From Octopus sinensis (taxonomy: Eukaryota), in assembly GCF_006345805.1 (NCBI RefSeq), contig NC_043010.1:42470001-42534000 (forward strand): a DNA stretch of 64,000 nucleotides. Reading direction: 5' to 3'. Both the position numbers and the translations under genes were made by a program. Position 1 is the first letter of the stretch; every line of letters begins with the position of its first letter. Below are positions 1 to 13,703 of this stretch, in pieces. The notes under the pieces are model-generated. The model was not told the DNA's origin. It ran no database searches and saw only the letters and a list, made by a program, of their open reading frames with translations.

Positions 1-417
1 ATTCGGCTCCATGCGACTTAAAGCTTTGTAGTGTTTTACAGAAACCTGCCTCGTTCAAGCTCAGGTAACCGAATGGAGAGGCACAGGAAGTCCAATAACT
101 CACCCACATCCGCATATTCATACATCTGGTATAACCACACACACCTGTCTTGCTTCTGTCGACTCCCAGACTCTTAGACGCCACCAGCTTCCTGTACAGC
201 CACGCGGTCCTACGTATAACGGAAGTGTTGTCGTTGTATTGTCAATCTTACTCTGACAACACCATGTCACTCGCCTTGACCAATAGCAGCCAATTTTCCA
301 GTTGCCATTTTGGACCCTCTACGCCTCTCCATTCAGTATTCTGAGCCTAAACGAGCCAGGTTCCTGTAAGAAGTCTACGAAATTTTTAGTCGCATGAAGC
401 TGGATCAAACTGTTTTA

Positions 418-479
<62 letters not shown>
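418..479 (+). repeat. (AAT)n microsatellite
   Basis: About 20 perfect AAT units; source of the poly-N ORF 394..576. Confidence 0.98.
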
Positions 480-1337
480 GTTTCTGTGTGTGTGCGTAAA
501 GTACAATATGGATCTAGTGCAATATAAAATAATAAAACATATAAATCCAATTGTAGAATTTAATCAGCAACAATAGTTGAAGTTATAAATACTTTTAATA
601 ACTCCACCTCTACAGAGAGGAAATAAAGGCAGGGAGGACAATTGATACTGATGCGATAATTTTGAAATGAAAACCAATTCTAAAAATTCTAAATATTAAA
701 ATTAAGTCATTAGTGTTATATTATTAATATTAATATTATAAGTACTTATATTAAATACGTTTGAACAATGTCTGCATTCAATGAGACAAGAAATTTTTTT
801 TGTTTATACTAAAATGAAGTTAGTGTTTGACACGTTTAGGAACAAATCTACATATAATATTTATTCGTTTGTTCAAATCTAAATATGAAAATGTCGTACT
901 GCGATAATGATTCAGTGTTAATAAAAAATATATAATTCTGGTAAATGAAAGTTATATTTCTTGCCTTGTCTGTTCATAAGGGAAAATCTATGAACATTCG
1001 GTCTGCTTTAGACTACGGTTATATTCTTTCAGTATGAGGAGGAGAGGAAGAGCATGTATCGAAACGAACTACTGTATGAGATTGAGTACTTATTGAAATG
1101 CCGATATATATATATAAGGATGAGATCGTTTAAATTTAAATTTAAATTTATTTCGTCACTGTATTTACTGCGGCGATATTTTGACCATATCTCACATGGA
1201 ATTAAGCGGCGGGCGTTTTGAACTGGCCATGATGCATACGTGCATATATATGTAGGTATACGTTCGTATATGTAAGTATTCGTATGTTGTATTTATATAT
1301 ATATATGTGTGTGTATTTATGTTTATCTTCTGAGTGT

Positions 1338-1395
1338 ATTCTACTGACGAGGCAAAGCATTCATAAATGCAAATTCAGAAATCCGGATCTAGAAT
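1338..1395 (+). ncRNA. Type-I hammerhead ribozyme-like motif within a short pLTR-like repeat (~1300-1455)
   Basis: Stem I ATTCTA(1338-43)/TAGAAT(1390-95); core CTGACGA(1344-50); stem II region containing hairpin GCATT-CATA-AATGC; GAAA(1378-81); palindromic stem III ATCCGGAT; cleavage triplet AUC (C1389). The stem II closing pair is G.A instead of G-C. Confidence 0.7.
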
Positions 1396-1534
1396 TATCC
1401 AGTAATTTTTTACTAGTTTCATCTTGTCCCTTTGTTTTCTCTCCGTGTTGATATATGGACAATTAAGGTGGTTTTAGAGTCGGATCATGGCTGCTATTTT
1501 CAGCACGGTGGTATCTCGTAGATACCCTAATTTA

Positions 1535-1539
<5 letters not shown>

Positions 1540-1588
<49 letters not shown>

Positions 1589-1617
1589 TAGATAGATAGA
1601 TAGATACATACATACAT

Positions 1618-1698
<81 letters not shown>

Positions 1699-1700
1699 CA
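1540..1700 (+). repeat. Compound microsatellite (TA)(GA)(GATA)(CATA)(CA)
   Basis: Direct reading. Confidence 0.97.
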
Positions 1701-2179
1701 TGTATCGCTGGCGGGATATAGTTATAGGCATGCACTGTTATTATATGATTAAGTATGATTTAGACCAGAGTTGAGGTGAAGATAATGTTGGGTATTAGGA
1801 TGTTGATTGAAGGTTAAATAATGGATAATAGCAAAGTGTTACTAACGTCTGCATAATTGGTCGCAACGAAATCACTGATAGGATATACCAAGGGAAATTA
1901 TGTGTAAGTAGTTTGAATGCCTAGAAAAAGTATAAGATTAAGAGTTGTTTGGGAATATTAAATGGAATAGCGCAAAAAAATATAAAAGTGTTACAGAGAT
2001 ATTTTGAAGCTAACACGATAGTAAAAGCAGAAAACATAGAAGATATAGATACAAATAATTTGTACATAACAGTGATATGAAGTATAAAATAAAGTATATG
2101 GTGATCAAAATTATATATCAGGATAGAAACATTAAGAATAATAATTTCTAACATAATAATAATAATAATAATAATAATG

Positions 2180-2388
2180 ATTTCTAATTTAGACAAATAC
2201 AACAATTTTAGAGGGGAGGGTGATAGTCGATTATATCGACCCCAGTACTTGAATAGTACTTTATTTTGTATCGATCTAGAAAGAATGAAAGGAAAAGTCG
2301 ACCTCGGTGGAATTTGATTTCAGAACGTAAAGAACCGGAAGAAATTCCGCTGTGCATCTTGTCCTAACGCACCAGCGATCCTGCCCTT
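2180..2388 (-). mobile_element. Diverged tRNA-derived SINE, family A
   Basis: Reverse complement carries GTCGACTTTTCCTTTCATTCTTTC and a B-box-like GAAATCAAATTCC, matching the family A copies elsewhere in the window. Confidence 0.75.
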
Positions 2389-2408
2389 GATGATAATGAT
2401 GAAGATGA

Positions 2409-2442
<34 letters not shown>

Positions 2443-2560
2443 GGTGGTGGTGGTGGTGGTGGTGGTGGTGGTGGTGGTGGTGGTGGTGGCGGCGGCGGTG
2501 AGGACGAGGAGGAGGAGAAGGAGGGCGGAGAGGGGCGGTGGAGGGGGAGGAGGAGGAGGA
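2387..2560 (+). repeat. Graded trinucleotide array (GAT)>(GGT)>(GGC)>(GGA)
   Basis: Direct reading. Confidence 0.95.
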
Positions 2561-2759
2561 ATTTTCCAGAGAGACTCGTTATCCCATTTAATATTTCAGT
2601 TATGCTTAATTCCTCTCAGCTTAGTATCAAGAAAGGCAAAGGCAGGGTATTAGTCTAGAGATAGTAATGGAAAAATTAACCATTTGCTCAGCAATGGATG
2701 ATCTGAAGCTTTTTTAGTAACCACAAATAATAGATAGATTCCTTAATACAAACGGTAAG

Positions 2760-2975
2760 ACTCTTCAGCAAAGTTATAGGTATGGAATTTGACATAGGTA
2801 AGTGCATAATAGTCATTAAAAAGTGACAGGTAGTCACCAGGGAAGGTATCAATTATCATTTGGCCAGGCATTAAAATCACTGAAAGAAAGAGAAAGTTAT
2901 AAGTATCTTGGAGTGTTAGAATCTGACAGAGTACTAACTATAGAAATGAGAGTAACTGTCTTCGAATACTCTTAT
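2760..2975 (+). mobile_element. Degenerate R4/Dong-type non-LTR retrotransposon RT fragment
   Basis: Broken translation FSKVIGMEFDIGKC...KSYKYLGVLESDRVLTIEMR; same motifs as the copies at 48.8 and 51.1 kb. Confidence 0.7.
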
Positions 2976-3431
2976 TGTCGTTGATAGCCTGAAATGGGGA
3001 GTAGATAGACAGCCGGCAACTGATGAAGGGTCATTCTTTGTATTGTCTTTTTTCTCGTTATATGCGTATTTAACTCATTTGTTTTCGCATTTCCTGTTGT
3101 TTACTGTTGTTGACTTCCTGTACCCATATATGCACACACACACACACACATGTATATACATATACATATATAAGTTCAGCAAAATTTAGATTCAAATGAA
3201 TATGGTACTTAAGTCAGATGCACCAGAATTTTGTACGGTGTTATCCATATAAATCCATGGGATGATTATAATCAAAGTAAGCAACAAGAATAAAATAATG
3301 TAGCGTGAAACGATCGTACCAAATTACCGAAGAGATTCTTGTTGCTTACTTTGATACACATACACACACACGCACACACATACATACATACATATATACA
3401 TACATACAGACAGACAGACAGACAGACAGAC

Positions 3432-3477
<46 letters not shown>

Positions 3478-4055
3478 CATTGTATTTGATGTTCTAAGAC
3501 AACATCCATGCTAAGTCGTATATACATAACATACATACATATATACATACATACATACATACATACATACATACATACATACATACATACATACATACAT
3601 ACATACATACATACATACGCACATATATGCGTGTGTGTGTTCTATCTTAAAATGCTTGTTGTCTTTCTTAATTTCTATTGCCTCTAGAACTTGACTCTTC
3701 ACCCATTCATATTGACCCTCCACCGTGTCACGAACAGCTCTGCCTCCATTCAATGTTTAATTAGATTGGATTTCAGAATTGCCTCCTTTGTGTTTCTTGA
3801 CCAAAATTAGTCATTAAAGCTAATTCTCTTCATTACGGACAGAATTTTAATTAATTAACTTTTTTGGCTCACTGCACTTAGTGTGCTAACCTCCACTTAA
3901 ATATTATAGATAATTCATCAGTAACTATACTGAATACCCTCGGCAAACCATCTAACATTGTCTTGTTTGTTAATGATGTTTATTTGTACACTTCACCTAA
4001 TATTCGAGGCGATTCAGCAACAGCAAGCATTAATAGACGTCATATATATTGAAGG

Positions 4056-4439
4056 TGGAGGCGCAATGGCCCAGTGGTTAGGGCAGCGGACTCGCGGTCA
4101 TAGGATCGCGGTTTCGATTCCCAGACCGGGCGTTGTGAGTGTTTATTGAGCGAAAACACCTAAAAGTTCCACGAGGCTCCGGCAGGGGATGGTGGTGATC
4201 CCTGCTGTACTCTTTCACCACAACTTTCTCTCACTCTTACTTCCTTTTTCTGTTGTACCTGTATTTCAAAGGGCCGGCCTTGTCACTCTCTGTGTCACGC
4301 TGAATATCCCCGAGAACTACGTTAAGGGTACACGTGTCTGTGGAGTGCTCAGCCACTTACACGTTAATTTCACGAGCAGGCTGTTCCGTTGATTCGGATC
4401 AACCGGAACCCTCGTCGTCGTAACCGACGGAGTGCTTCC
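4056..4439 (+). mobile_element. Full-length tRNA-derived SINE, family C, with 12-bp TSD
   Basis: A box TGGCCCAGTGG and B box GGTTTCGATTCC; TSD ATATATTGAAGG at 4044-4055 and 4440-4451; near-identical inverted copy at 60073-60455. Confidence 0.93.
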
Positions 4440-4655
4440 ATATATTGAAGGCGCATAACAGCATTACGCTCGTATCTTGTAGTTAGAAATTTTCCTTTTC
4501 CTCTATTTCGTTTTTGAAAATTAGTGTCTTCTGAATTTTGCGCTCACAACCTAGATTTATCATTCACCATTTCTGCTCGCTCCCAAATCTATTACGACTT
4601 ATCTCGAGTAAATATTGCCTCGCTTTCAAATGCATGTCCATCGAACACACATTGC

Positions 4656-5080
4656 GGATCTTTTCGGTTTGAACGGCAGTTTTTTTCTAGCGGTGTCATA
4701 TGAAATTGTCACCCATAATTATGACCCTAGTATCGATCTATTGCATTTCAATCTGTTTTAGGGTTAGGGTAAGGGGTGGGGGGAAGGGTATCTTTTTTTC
4801 TTCACAAATGTAAATAAACCCAATCTGTTTCTTAAACGAGGGACACATATTCATACGGCACAGAATGTTTTTTTTACCTCAATATACGCCAGTGATTGGT
4901 TGAAATTGCAGAAATTGAAGAAAAAAAACAACAAATATCTTACAAACTATAGAATTTTCTCAATATATAGCCAAGAGAAAAAGATGTTTTATAAACACAT
5001 TCTACCAGTATACGAAGTTTGAAATTTTTTAGTTACCTAGAAATTATGTTAAAAAACTGCCGTTCAAACCGAAAAGATCC
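4656..5080. mobile_element. Non-autonomous DNA transposon (MITE) with 30-bp perfect TIRs and 8-bp TSD; Merlin-like (GG termini) or hAT
   Basis: TIR GGATCTTTTCGGTTTGAACGGCAGTTTTTT at both ends; TSD CACATTGC at 4648-4655 and 5081-5088; internal TTAGGGTTAGGGTAAGG. Confidence 0.92.
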
Positions 5081-5185
5081 CACATTGCTTAACTTTCAAC
5101 AGTGACATTGTTAAAACAGGTATTAGAAAAGAGAAATGTAGATGTTCAGAGATGTTTACTAGTTACGTTACTTTTGTTTGTGTGT

Positions 5186-5261
<76 letters not shown>

Positions 5262-7024
5262 ACGCTAAGATAAAAAGATATATAGAGTAATCAGATAGAC
5301 ATAGAGAGTGATGCACAAACACAGACACACGGTTGTGCTTAGTGCGTATATGCGTGCACGCGCACGCGCGGCAGAATTCAAATAATGATAGTAATATTAC
5401 TACCTGTACATTATATTAATAGGTAGCAATTAATGTTACATTGTTTAGCACTGTGTCGACATTTAATATGAATGTTCTTCCAAACTAAATTAGTTCTCTA
5501 TTGGTGCCGAATACCCACACGCTGAAAGAAAATAGTAATGATGAGAATGATGCAAATATTGTGCATTTATCCGTAAGTGTGGGAAAGTATTCTATTGAAA
5601 AAAAGGTGGCATCGATTGTGTTTATTTAGCGAGAGTGGATGCTAAAAGCAAAAAGAAAATGATAATAATTGTCAATAAAAGATAGGACAAACAACAGAGT
5701 ACGAGAAATTGTGGATTTTACGATGAACTGATTGGAAATAAATGATTCACGTGAAGAAAAATAGAAGAAAAAAATGTGATGGTTGTTCAAGAAAGAAATG
5801 AAGAGTGGAAGAGTATACAGCATAACAGAGTGAGAAATGGATGTGTAAAAGTGCCGTTGGGTAGAAAATGCGATCAACAATCTCTAATATATGGATTACT
5901 GATCTCCTCTTCAAAGAACTAATAGATGTATTTAGCAGAAAAGTCAATCTGTTTTCTTCACCAATCTAATAATACGTAAAAACAGAAATAGAAAATATAG
6001 AATTAATCTCAAAGGATCCTTTTTACATGGCTCCATACACAAACATAGTTCTTTGGAAATGGGTGCTTTTCGTTTTGTTTTTTGTTGTGTGTTTTTAGTT
6101 TGTTTCAACCATCGTGACTAAGACCATGCTGTGGTAATGCTTTTATATGCAGCTATATAAAATTGAAAGTGAAAAGAGATACAACATTATTCTAGGGCAT
6201 TCAAACAAATATTTATTTTCTGTAAATAACTATACATTTATTTATGCCTCTTCAAAATATACACAGATTCCATGCAATATATGCTTTCGAAAATGTATTC
6301 TTGACATGGGCTCAGCTTGAACAAACACACTTTACTGCTTTTTTAATACAAAGAAATGATTAAAAACAAGAGAAAACGGCATGTAAATAAAGTGTGGATA
6401 CTACTTATATTTTTTATATCTGTATTGTATAGATTGTTTTTTCAAGGATGAACTGCGGGAAAAATATTCTATGGCAAAATATATTTCACAATAAATGTTT
6501 TATTTACGAGAGTGTTACCCATCATATGACGAGTAACTATAACTTTGAAAGCATATTTTTGCCACTATAGGCAGTATCAGGAGATAGGGTATACGTGCAA
6601 TAATTATCATTTAACGTTTATCATTTTTAAGTTTATCTCAATCGAATTCCGAGTCAGCACTGAGAATTACAGTGTTTCGTATATAAATACGTTTATGTAA
6701 ACAATGCGATCGAGGAGGAATAAGAACGCATAAAAGAATGGGTAGAGCATTATTTCAAGAATTATTGCTCTTTCATCAGTACCACATCCAACTCCTCAAC
6801 AATCCATGAACGTTTAGTGGTGTAACTCTATTAAGTAGACCAATTTACATATTGAACACATTCCTCGCAGTTGGTACGTAAATACTAATTGCTAACAAGG
6901 TCATGGTATTTCATTTTGTCATATTTCTTGAAGCTTTTCCAAAAATGGTTAAATGAATGCTAATTTTCAAAAGAAAAATATTTCTTATATGAAGCAAAAT
7001 TAAATTAAATAAACTTCTCATTTC

Positions 7025-7449
7025 ACAGACTTGGCTGTGTGGCAAGAAGTTTGCTTCCCAACTACATGGTTTTGGGTTCAGTCCCATTACGTGGTGCCTT
7101 GGGCAAGTGACTCCTGCTGTACCCTCGGGCCGACCAAAGCCTTGTGAGTGGATTCAGTAGACGGAAACTGAAAGGAGCCCGCTGTGTATAATATATACTA
7201 ATATATATCTATGTGTGTGCCCCTTTGTGTCTCTGTTTGTCCCCTACCACCGCTTGACAACCAGTATTGGTTTGTTTACATCCCCGTAACAGTAGTGGTT
7301 CAACAAAAGAGAACGACAGAATAAGTACCGGCCTTTACAAAAATAATAAGTATTGGGATCGATTCATTCGACTAAACATCCTTGAAGGCGATACTCCAGC
7401 ATGGCCGCAGTCTAATGACTGAAACTAGTAAAAGATAAAAGGTAAAAGA
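7025..7449 (+). mobile_element. tRNA-derived SINE, family B (CORE-like CCTTGGGCAAGT segment, (AAAAGAGT)-like tail)
   Basis: TGGCTGTGTGG A box, GGGTTCAGTCCC B box, shared body with copies at 13.7, 38.7, 39.6 and 53.8 kb. Confidence 0.88.
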
Positions 7450-7838
7450 CATTTACTGCAAATATATGCTATTATTTTCTTAAGTATTATTAACATAATC
7501 GCAATCTACTCCGTGGAAAAGCTATTTCTGCAAAATTTCATTCAAAAATGTGTTGTTTTTTTATATATTTTTCAAAAAATTGTAACACTCATCCAGTTCT
7601 CTGTATCTCTCTTTTACTTTCGCTTTCCCCCTCTCGATTTATGACGTAAAACTTGACTGAAGAAACAAACCAACGAACACTTATGTCGACTATTATCATT
7701 ATTAAGAGATTGTATTACAGCTCATAGTTTTACATCTCGTAATTGGCTGTATTCTTTTTCCTGGTTTGAGACCGAAATTTTTTCATCCTAATTGCGTAGT
7801 CAATGTGGTGAGTGTGTATCTGTGCATGTGTGTGTGCA

Positions 7839-7898
<60 letters not shown>

Positions 7899-10800
7899 AG
7901 TAGATTTGTTTTTATATAGATACGGGTGTCTGCTTGTGAATCTTTTATGGCTATAAACTTAATATTAGTAAACTAAATATTCAGATTTCCATAGTATTCT
8001 AGGCGATTTCACCGTCTAAATACTTCAAGGCGGTTCTCAGTGACTGTAACGAGAAAAGAAAAACTCAAAAAAAAAAAAGAATAAATGTAGGGTGTCCAAC
8101 TTTTAAAACATTAGATTTCGGTTTCTGTCTCGGTTATCAGAGTCTTTTCGGAGATGCTTCCTTATCACGGAAATTTTGATATGAATCATTTGTTTGCATA
8201 ATAATGCATATGCTGTCTATAGCATTATATGTGAGATGACGTTAATGTCGTGTTGCTCTTTCACAGTATACTAATAGGAATGGTGCCATATGCTGAATAC
8301 GCTCAATCTATATTTGCTATTGCGACTGATACTATCTGGTGTGTCTCTTGAATTCATGACTGAATCTTGTAAAATAAACCTTCAAAATAATAAGCAATAT
8401 AATGAAAAGTAGTTGATACGATCTTCTATCGATGAAATCTTGGAGCTATTTTCATTTGTTAGTACTATGCTAAATATTCCAGAACAATTTTATTTTCAGA
8501 GAACATTATCCATTATAATTGGGATCATGCTATTTGAAAAATTACTTTTCATCTATTTTTGTTTTGCTTCTTGTTATTCCTCATCACTGTATATATAATC
8601 ATATGTCGTTAAATGGTGGTGAGCTTCAAGCGAGACAATTCCGGGACTTCATATCGATTCCTCTTTTATGCAAATGAATTACGGGACAATGTCATTTTAA
8701 ATATGCTTTGTGTATTTCTGTTTTTAACTAGACACTACAACATGGGAAACAGTTTGGAGAAATTATACGCCTCCCTTTTCATAATTTATTATATTATTAC
8801 TACTTTGATACAAGTGTCTATGATTAGATTAGATTTTCCGGCGAGTGAGATCTTTTGTGTAGCCAATGAAATCCCTAATGATAATATATTAGACGCTGAA
8901 TTAAAGAAGAGTAACATAATTAATTTAGGCAGATTATGCTTCGTACTTTGACTTCTAACTGCTGTGGCAACTGTTTCTTCTTTTTTTTTTTTTCAAATCT
9001 TATTCAGCAGAAAGCAAAATTATAAGATATAAAAATTTCCTTATTATAATTTAACAAATATATTCCATAAACTGTTGAATTTATATAACCCTTTCTAATT
9101 ATTTGCAAGTGATTTGTCATGTTCCAACATTGAGGGTATTTCATAATTCATTTAATTACGTCTCAATTTCCTGCGTTCCAGATCCCACAAAACACTCGTG
9201 CAAAAGAGCATCTGCTGTTTCTCTTACTTGCCTTATATCAACATGGCTTATCGATCAGGAAGAAATTTACAGTTCATTACCTTCTGTTGATGTTGTCTTT
9301 CTTGATTGCAAAGCTTCTAACTTTAATGGAGTTTTTCTTTTCTTGGCTTATTGATTTCTCCCGAAATGTTCTTGGGAATATTTTAGTTAAATTCTCGTCA
9401 ATTTATGGAATAAACCTTGAAAAGTGCTACTAAAAATTAATCTCCTTGCGGCAGTCGAAATCTACTTGAAAAACATTTATACTTCACGTGTAATATTCTC
9501 TCAAGAAGGCGTGGGCGCACACATGACTGTGTGGTTTAGAAGTTTGTTTCGCATAGAAGTTTGTTCGTTGCCAACGTTGTAGCAGAGAAATTAACTAATT
9601 TATTAAAATGTATTTTATATGTATTAAAAATACATTAAAATTGAATAAGAGAAAGATACATTGTAATGCTATTAGAAATAAAGAAAAATAAATATTACAC
9701 TTAACTCGTACTACGATATTTCGGTTAAAACATTCGCGCTCGCACAGACACGCGTGCATAGCAAAATACGATTAATTTTGTAGCCAACAGATTCTTTTAT
9801 TTAGCCGTATGTTTAAGAAGTTCTTGAGCAGCTATTTTAACACAAAGCCAAAGTACGAAGCACAAGCAACTTAAATGAATTTTTTATATTACCCCCACTT
9901 AAAATCCAACTCCTTAGACACTTGCTCAAAGTGCTAAACAAAGGGATTCAATCCGCATGTCTATGCAAAACAAACTGTTTCTAAACAACTGAGGTACAGT
10001 TACGTGATCTTCGTTTCAAAGCCCTTTTAGGAGAAATGCAGGTCTTTTTCATAGCATTTGTATACCAAACACAATACTCTCCTCCTGAAATATAAGCAAA
10101 AATAGTGAAATGGTTTGTCAAAATATACTGATATATATATATTGAAAGACGAGAACGAATATAATATAATAGAACAAAGTTTATGCTCGGTATACCAAGC
10201 AATGAGGACTACTTTTGACCGAGAAATACCATATATTGACAGAAAAGTACTATTTTTTTTTATGTGCGCATTGGAAAGCATAAGTTAATCTCAAAATCCA
10301 AGTACAAAAATAAATATTTCCTCAACAATTTATGGCCAAAAGGACAGCCTATGACAGAAGATCTAATACGAAAACGCAGATGATATCCATGAAAATGCGT
10401 TTTTCTATATTTATTTTGTAACATTGAACTTCCTATGCATGAAATCTTGACTTATGTATGTACGCTTTACATTTAACCACAATCTTGTATATGTGCGTGC
10501 GTGCGTACATTTGTGTACGTGTGCATGTATGTATAAAAAGGAAGTATGTATGTATGAAAAGGATGTTTAGCGACGAAAGTGTGATTAGAAGTTTCAAAAC
10601 CAATTTATTGAATTTTTATGTTAAATGAAATGTTAACAAATCAATTTATCAAAATACCTGATGAAATCAACACCTGCAACATACATGTTTCAACTCCTAC
10701 ATCTGTTCGTTAATTTAAACTTACCTCTCTTTCTATATATACATCAAAAGAACTATGAACTGACATAACTTTTCTTGGTTAGAGACCTGTCAATGCAGAG

Positions 10801-10978
10801 AACTGACCGCGAGTAGCTTGGAGGGAAGGAATGTTAGTATTAATTCCCCTGTGCGAGCTTGGAGCAGTAATTGCGAATGTACTTCCTCTCATGTAAGCAA
10901 GGTGTCTCCGATTTGACATTTAAGCACATCCCACGCGTGGGGCAGCTCTCTTGTCCTTGCTCAACACAATACACATCT

Positions 10979-10981
<3 letters not shown>

Positions 10982-11046
<65 letters not shown>
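10982..11046 (+). repeat. (TA)n microsatellite
   Basis: About 32 perfect units. Confidence 0.98.
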
Positions 11047-11048
<2 letters not shown>

Positions 11049-11344
11049 TTCCATTTGATGATATAGTCTGCAGTCTTCTTCAACAGCCGTGTTTTTAGCC
11101 AGTGTAGTAACGCTCTACTTCTCAGAGCTCCTGAAGGATATGATGTTGTTATGAGTGAACCTCCTGTTCAGTATAGAATTTCAGTACAATTAAAAGTGCA
11201 TTATAAGATATATTCGCATCATATATGCTGAGCATGTCCTAGAGCATCTTTTGAATCTCAGAATGCGTTTACAAGTAATTGTTCTCTAAACCAAGTCTTA
11301 ATGAACACTTCAGTATATCCTACCAATGCTGGAGTATCTATGCA

Positions 11345-11535
11345 ACTCGCTAGATCAGCTAGAAACGGCAGCCAAATATCCCTCAAATCATACCCTATCT
11401 GTATTAAATAAATAAGGATGTGTTGGACAACGCAGTTTCTGCTATACAGAGAATCGTGATGACCGTGCCTGAAACGCATTTGATGAAAGATATATATGTA
11501 CCTGGTCGAGCCTGACCTCGGGCTAAAGAAAACAG
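11345..11535 (+). mobile_element. Short interspersed repeat, family D (AGCCAAATNTCCCTCAAAT...GACCTNGGGCTAAA); related copies at ~25625-25815(-), 47325-47495, 49420-49590, 60590-60780
   Basis: Shared motifs among at least five diverged copies in the window; class not determined. Confidence 0.65.
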
Positions 11536-12124
11536 CAACTTCAGTTTATAATGACTTAATATAAAGGATTTACTGACAAAAGAATATATTAAACTAAAAG
11601 CAAAGAACGTGAATTAAAGAAAAATGAATGAGAAGGCCATGAAGTCAGAAATGTATCAGCGACAACGATATTAAAAAGTATTGTCTGTTATATTTTACGT
11701 ATTATCACTCAAGTAATCAATTCATACGTTTCTGGATTTTACTGGCGTCTTCTTGGACGATGTGGCTTTTTCCTAATAACTTTTACATTTCAAAATGACG
11801 AAAGTAAAATATTCACCTACATTTTCCTAATACATATATTGGAGTACGAATGTGAGTGTATGTATGTATGTATGTATGGTGGTGGTAAATACAGATGAAA
11901 TGGATACACTTGTATGCGTGCGCATGTATGTTATGCACAGTCCGTGCGTATTTAATGTATATTTTCATGGCAGTGTCTATATAATTGTCTACACAAACTT
12001 GGTAAGTAAATCAATAGAGTTTACCTCACTGTAATTAAATGAATGCAATGCTTGAGTGAAATATCAAGAAAATGAAATATGATGTATGGAAGGTTTCAGA
12101 AAGATAACCACGTTTATTGCGATG

Positions 12125-12298
12125 AACGAATGGTAGGTAGGTAGGTAGGTAGGTAGGTAGGTAGGTAGGTAGGTCGGTAGGTACGTTTGTGGGTAGATAG
12201 ATGCATAGATATAGTATCTTATTGTATTGGTATATATATATATATATATGTGTATATATATATATATAATATATATATATCTGTATATAATATATATA

Positions 12299-12340
<42 letters not shown>

Positions 12341-12363
12341 GTATATATGTATAAGTATATATG

Positions 12364-12395
<32 letters not shown>

Positions 12396-12498
12396 TAATA
12401 TATATATATATATGTATATATATATATTGTATATATATATATGTATATATATATGTATATATATATATATATGTATGTATATATATTATATATATATG

Positions 12499-12535
<37 letters not shown>

Positions 12536-12700
12536 GTGTATATATATATATATATGTATACACACACACATATATGCATTCACACACATGCATTCACACA
12601 CAGACACATACACAAACACACACGTGCGCGCACGCACATACACACACACACACATACGCACACATTTATATATATGCATACATACATGCTATCATCATAC
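12125..12700. repeat. Large degenerate (GGTA)n + (TA)n/(CA)n low-complexity block
   Basis: Direct reading; explains the I/Y-rich ORFs. Confidence 0.97.
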
Positions 12701-13044
12701 ATACGTAAAAGGAATACGGTGTGAAAATGGGGGGAAAAAACGCTTGATTAAATACAGTGACATCGAAAATTGTATTACAATAGCGTTTTACTCCTGACAA
12801 TTCTATCTAAAATATTTTGTATACAGTTTGCTTGTTTGTATTATTTGAGACAAATGTCTATGTTCATGACCGTAGATATGTTAGTTTTGGTTTCTGCTCA
12901 CTGTGTGTATGCGTGTCTGTGTGTGTGTGTGTGTGTGTGTATGTGTTGTGTGTGTGTGTGTGTGTGTGCGTGCGTTCTCTCCATTTCTTTTTTCCCCAAT
13001 ATATTTACTATGGTTTGCTTCCTCGCTTTTTTACCATCCTTCAG

Positions 13045-13093
<49 letters not shown>

Positions 13094-13703
13094 CACACAC
13101 ACACACACACACACATACACACTTACACACAATTATTTCTTTCTTTCCCTTGTTCCTTCTGTCTATCAATATTCATGTGAACAAAGTTGGAAATGTAAAA
13201 ACAAATATAAGCATATTTAGATACCACTGTCCATTAGAATTTTATTTCGCGCTATTGTAAATGGAATTGATAATCGTCTTAATAGTCACAGAGATAAAAT
13301 CACTGACCAGATCGCAGTGGACAAGTGTTAGGGTCTTTGTTAAGTAGACTCTTTAAGCTGAAATACTTTGATGCCAAAGAATGTGTGTACCTGCCTCTCA
13401 GGTCGTTGTATAATACTCTGTTGGTTAGTATTTCTATATTGATAGTAGGATTAAAGTAAAGCTGCTATAGTTATCCGACAGATATGTTAAACGGTTTGCA
13501 ATACTTGACGCAGCTGAGGCCAATAGATTACTTTAACGTAAGATATGTGTTAATACGAAGTCGAAATACCAATTCTAAGATTTCAGTGGTCGAAGTAAAC
13601 TGGAACAAAATATTACTAAAAGAAACTGAGAAATTGTTAATCTAACCTTACTCAAGATAAGTCTAGGATTTCAATTGAAGAGAGGATATCTAGTGAATGA
13701 CAT

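Noticed and set aside
1-390. GC-balanced segment with several 60-aa frames, including an SLNEAGFCK motif on the minus strand
   Set aside because: No consistent frame or recognisable domain; possibly an old LINE relic but unsupported.
1025-1080. CAGT-ATGAGGA...GAAACGAACT-ACTG hammerhead look-alike
   Set aside because: C3 is missing, stem II is unpaired and there is no valid UH triplet.
2975-3130. Short repeat containing CTGATGA
   Set aside because: No GAAA or stem III/I follows, so it is not a hammerhead.
4056-4130. tRNA-like heads (also in SINE families A and B)
   Set aside because: They continue into SINE bodies with TSDs and lack a full cloverleaf; not tRNA genes.
12064-13260. Many 100-170 aa ORFs (also at 15236-15762, 17409-18572, 28835-29240, 34553-35365, 53114-53648)
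   Set aside because: Translations of di-, tri- and tetranucleotide repeats that lack stop codons; not genes.
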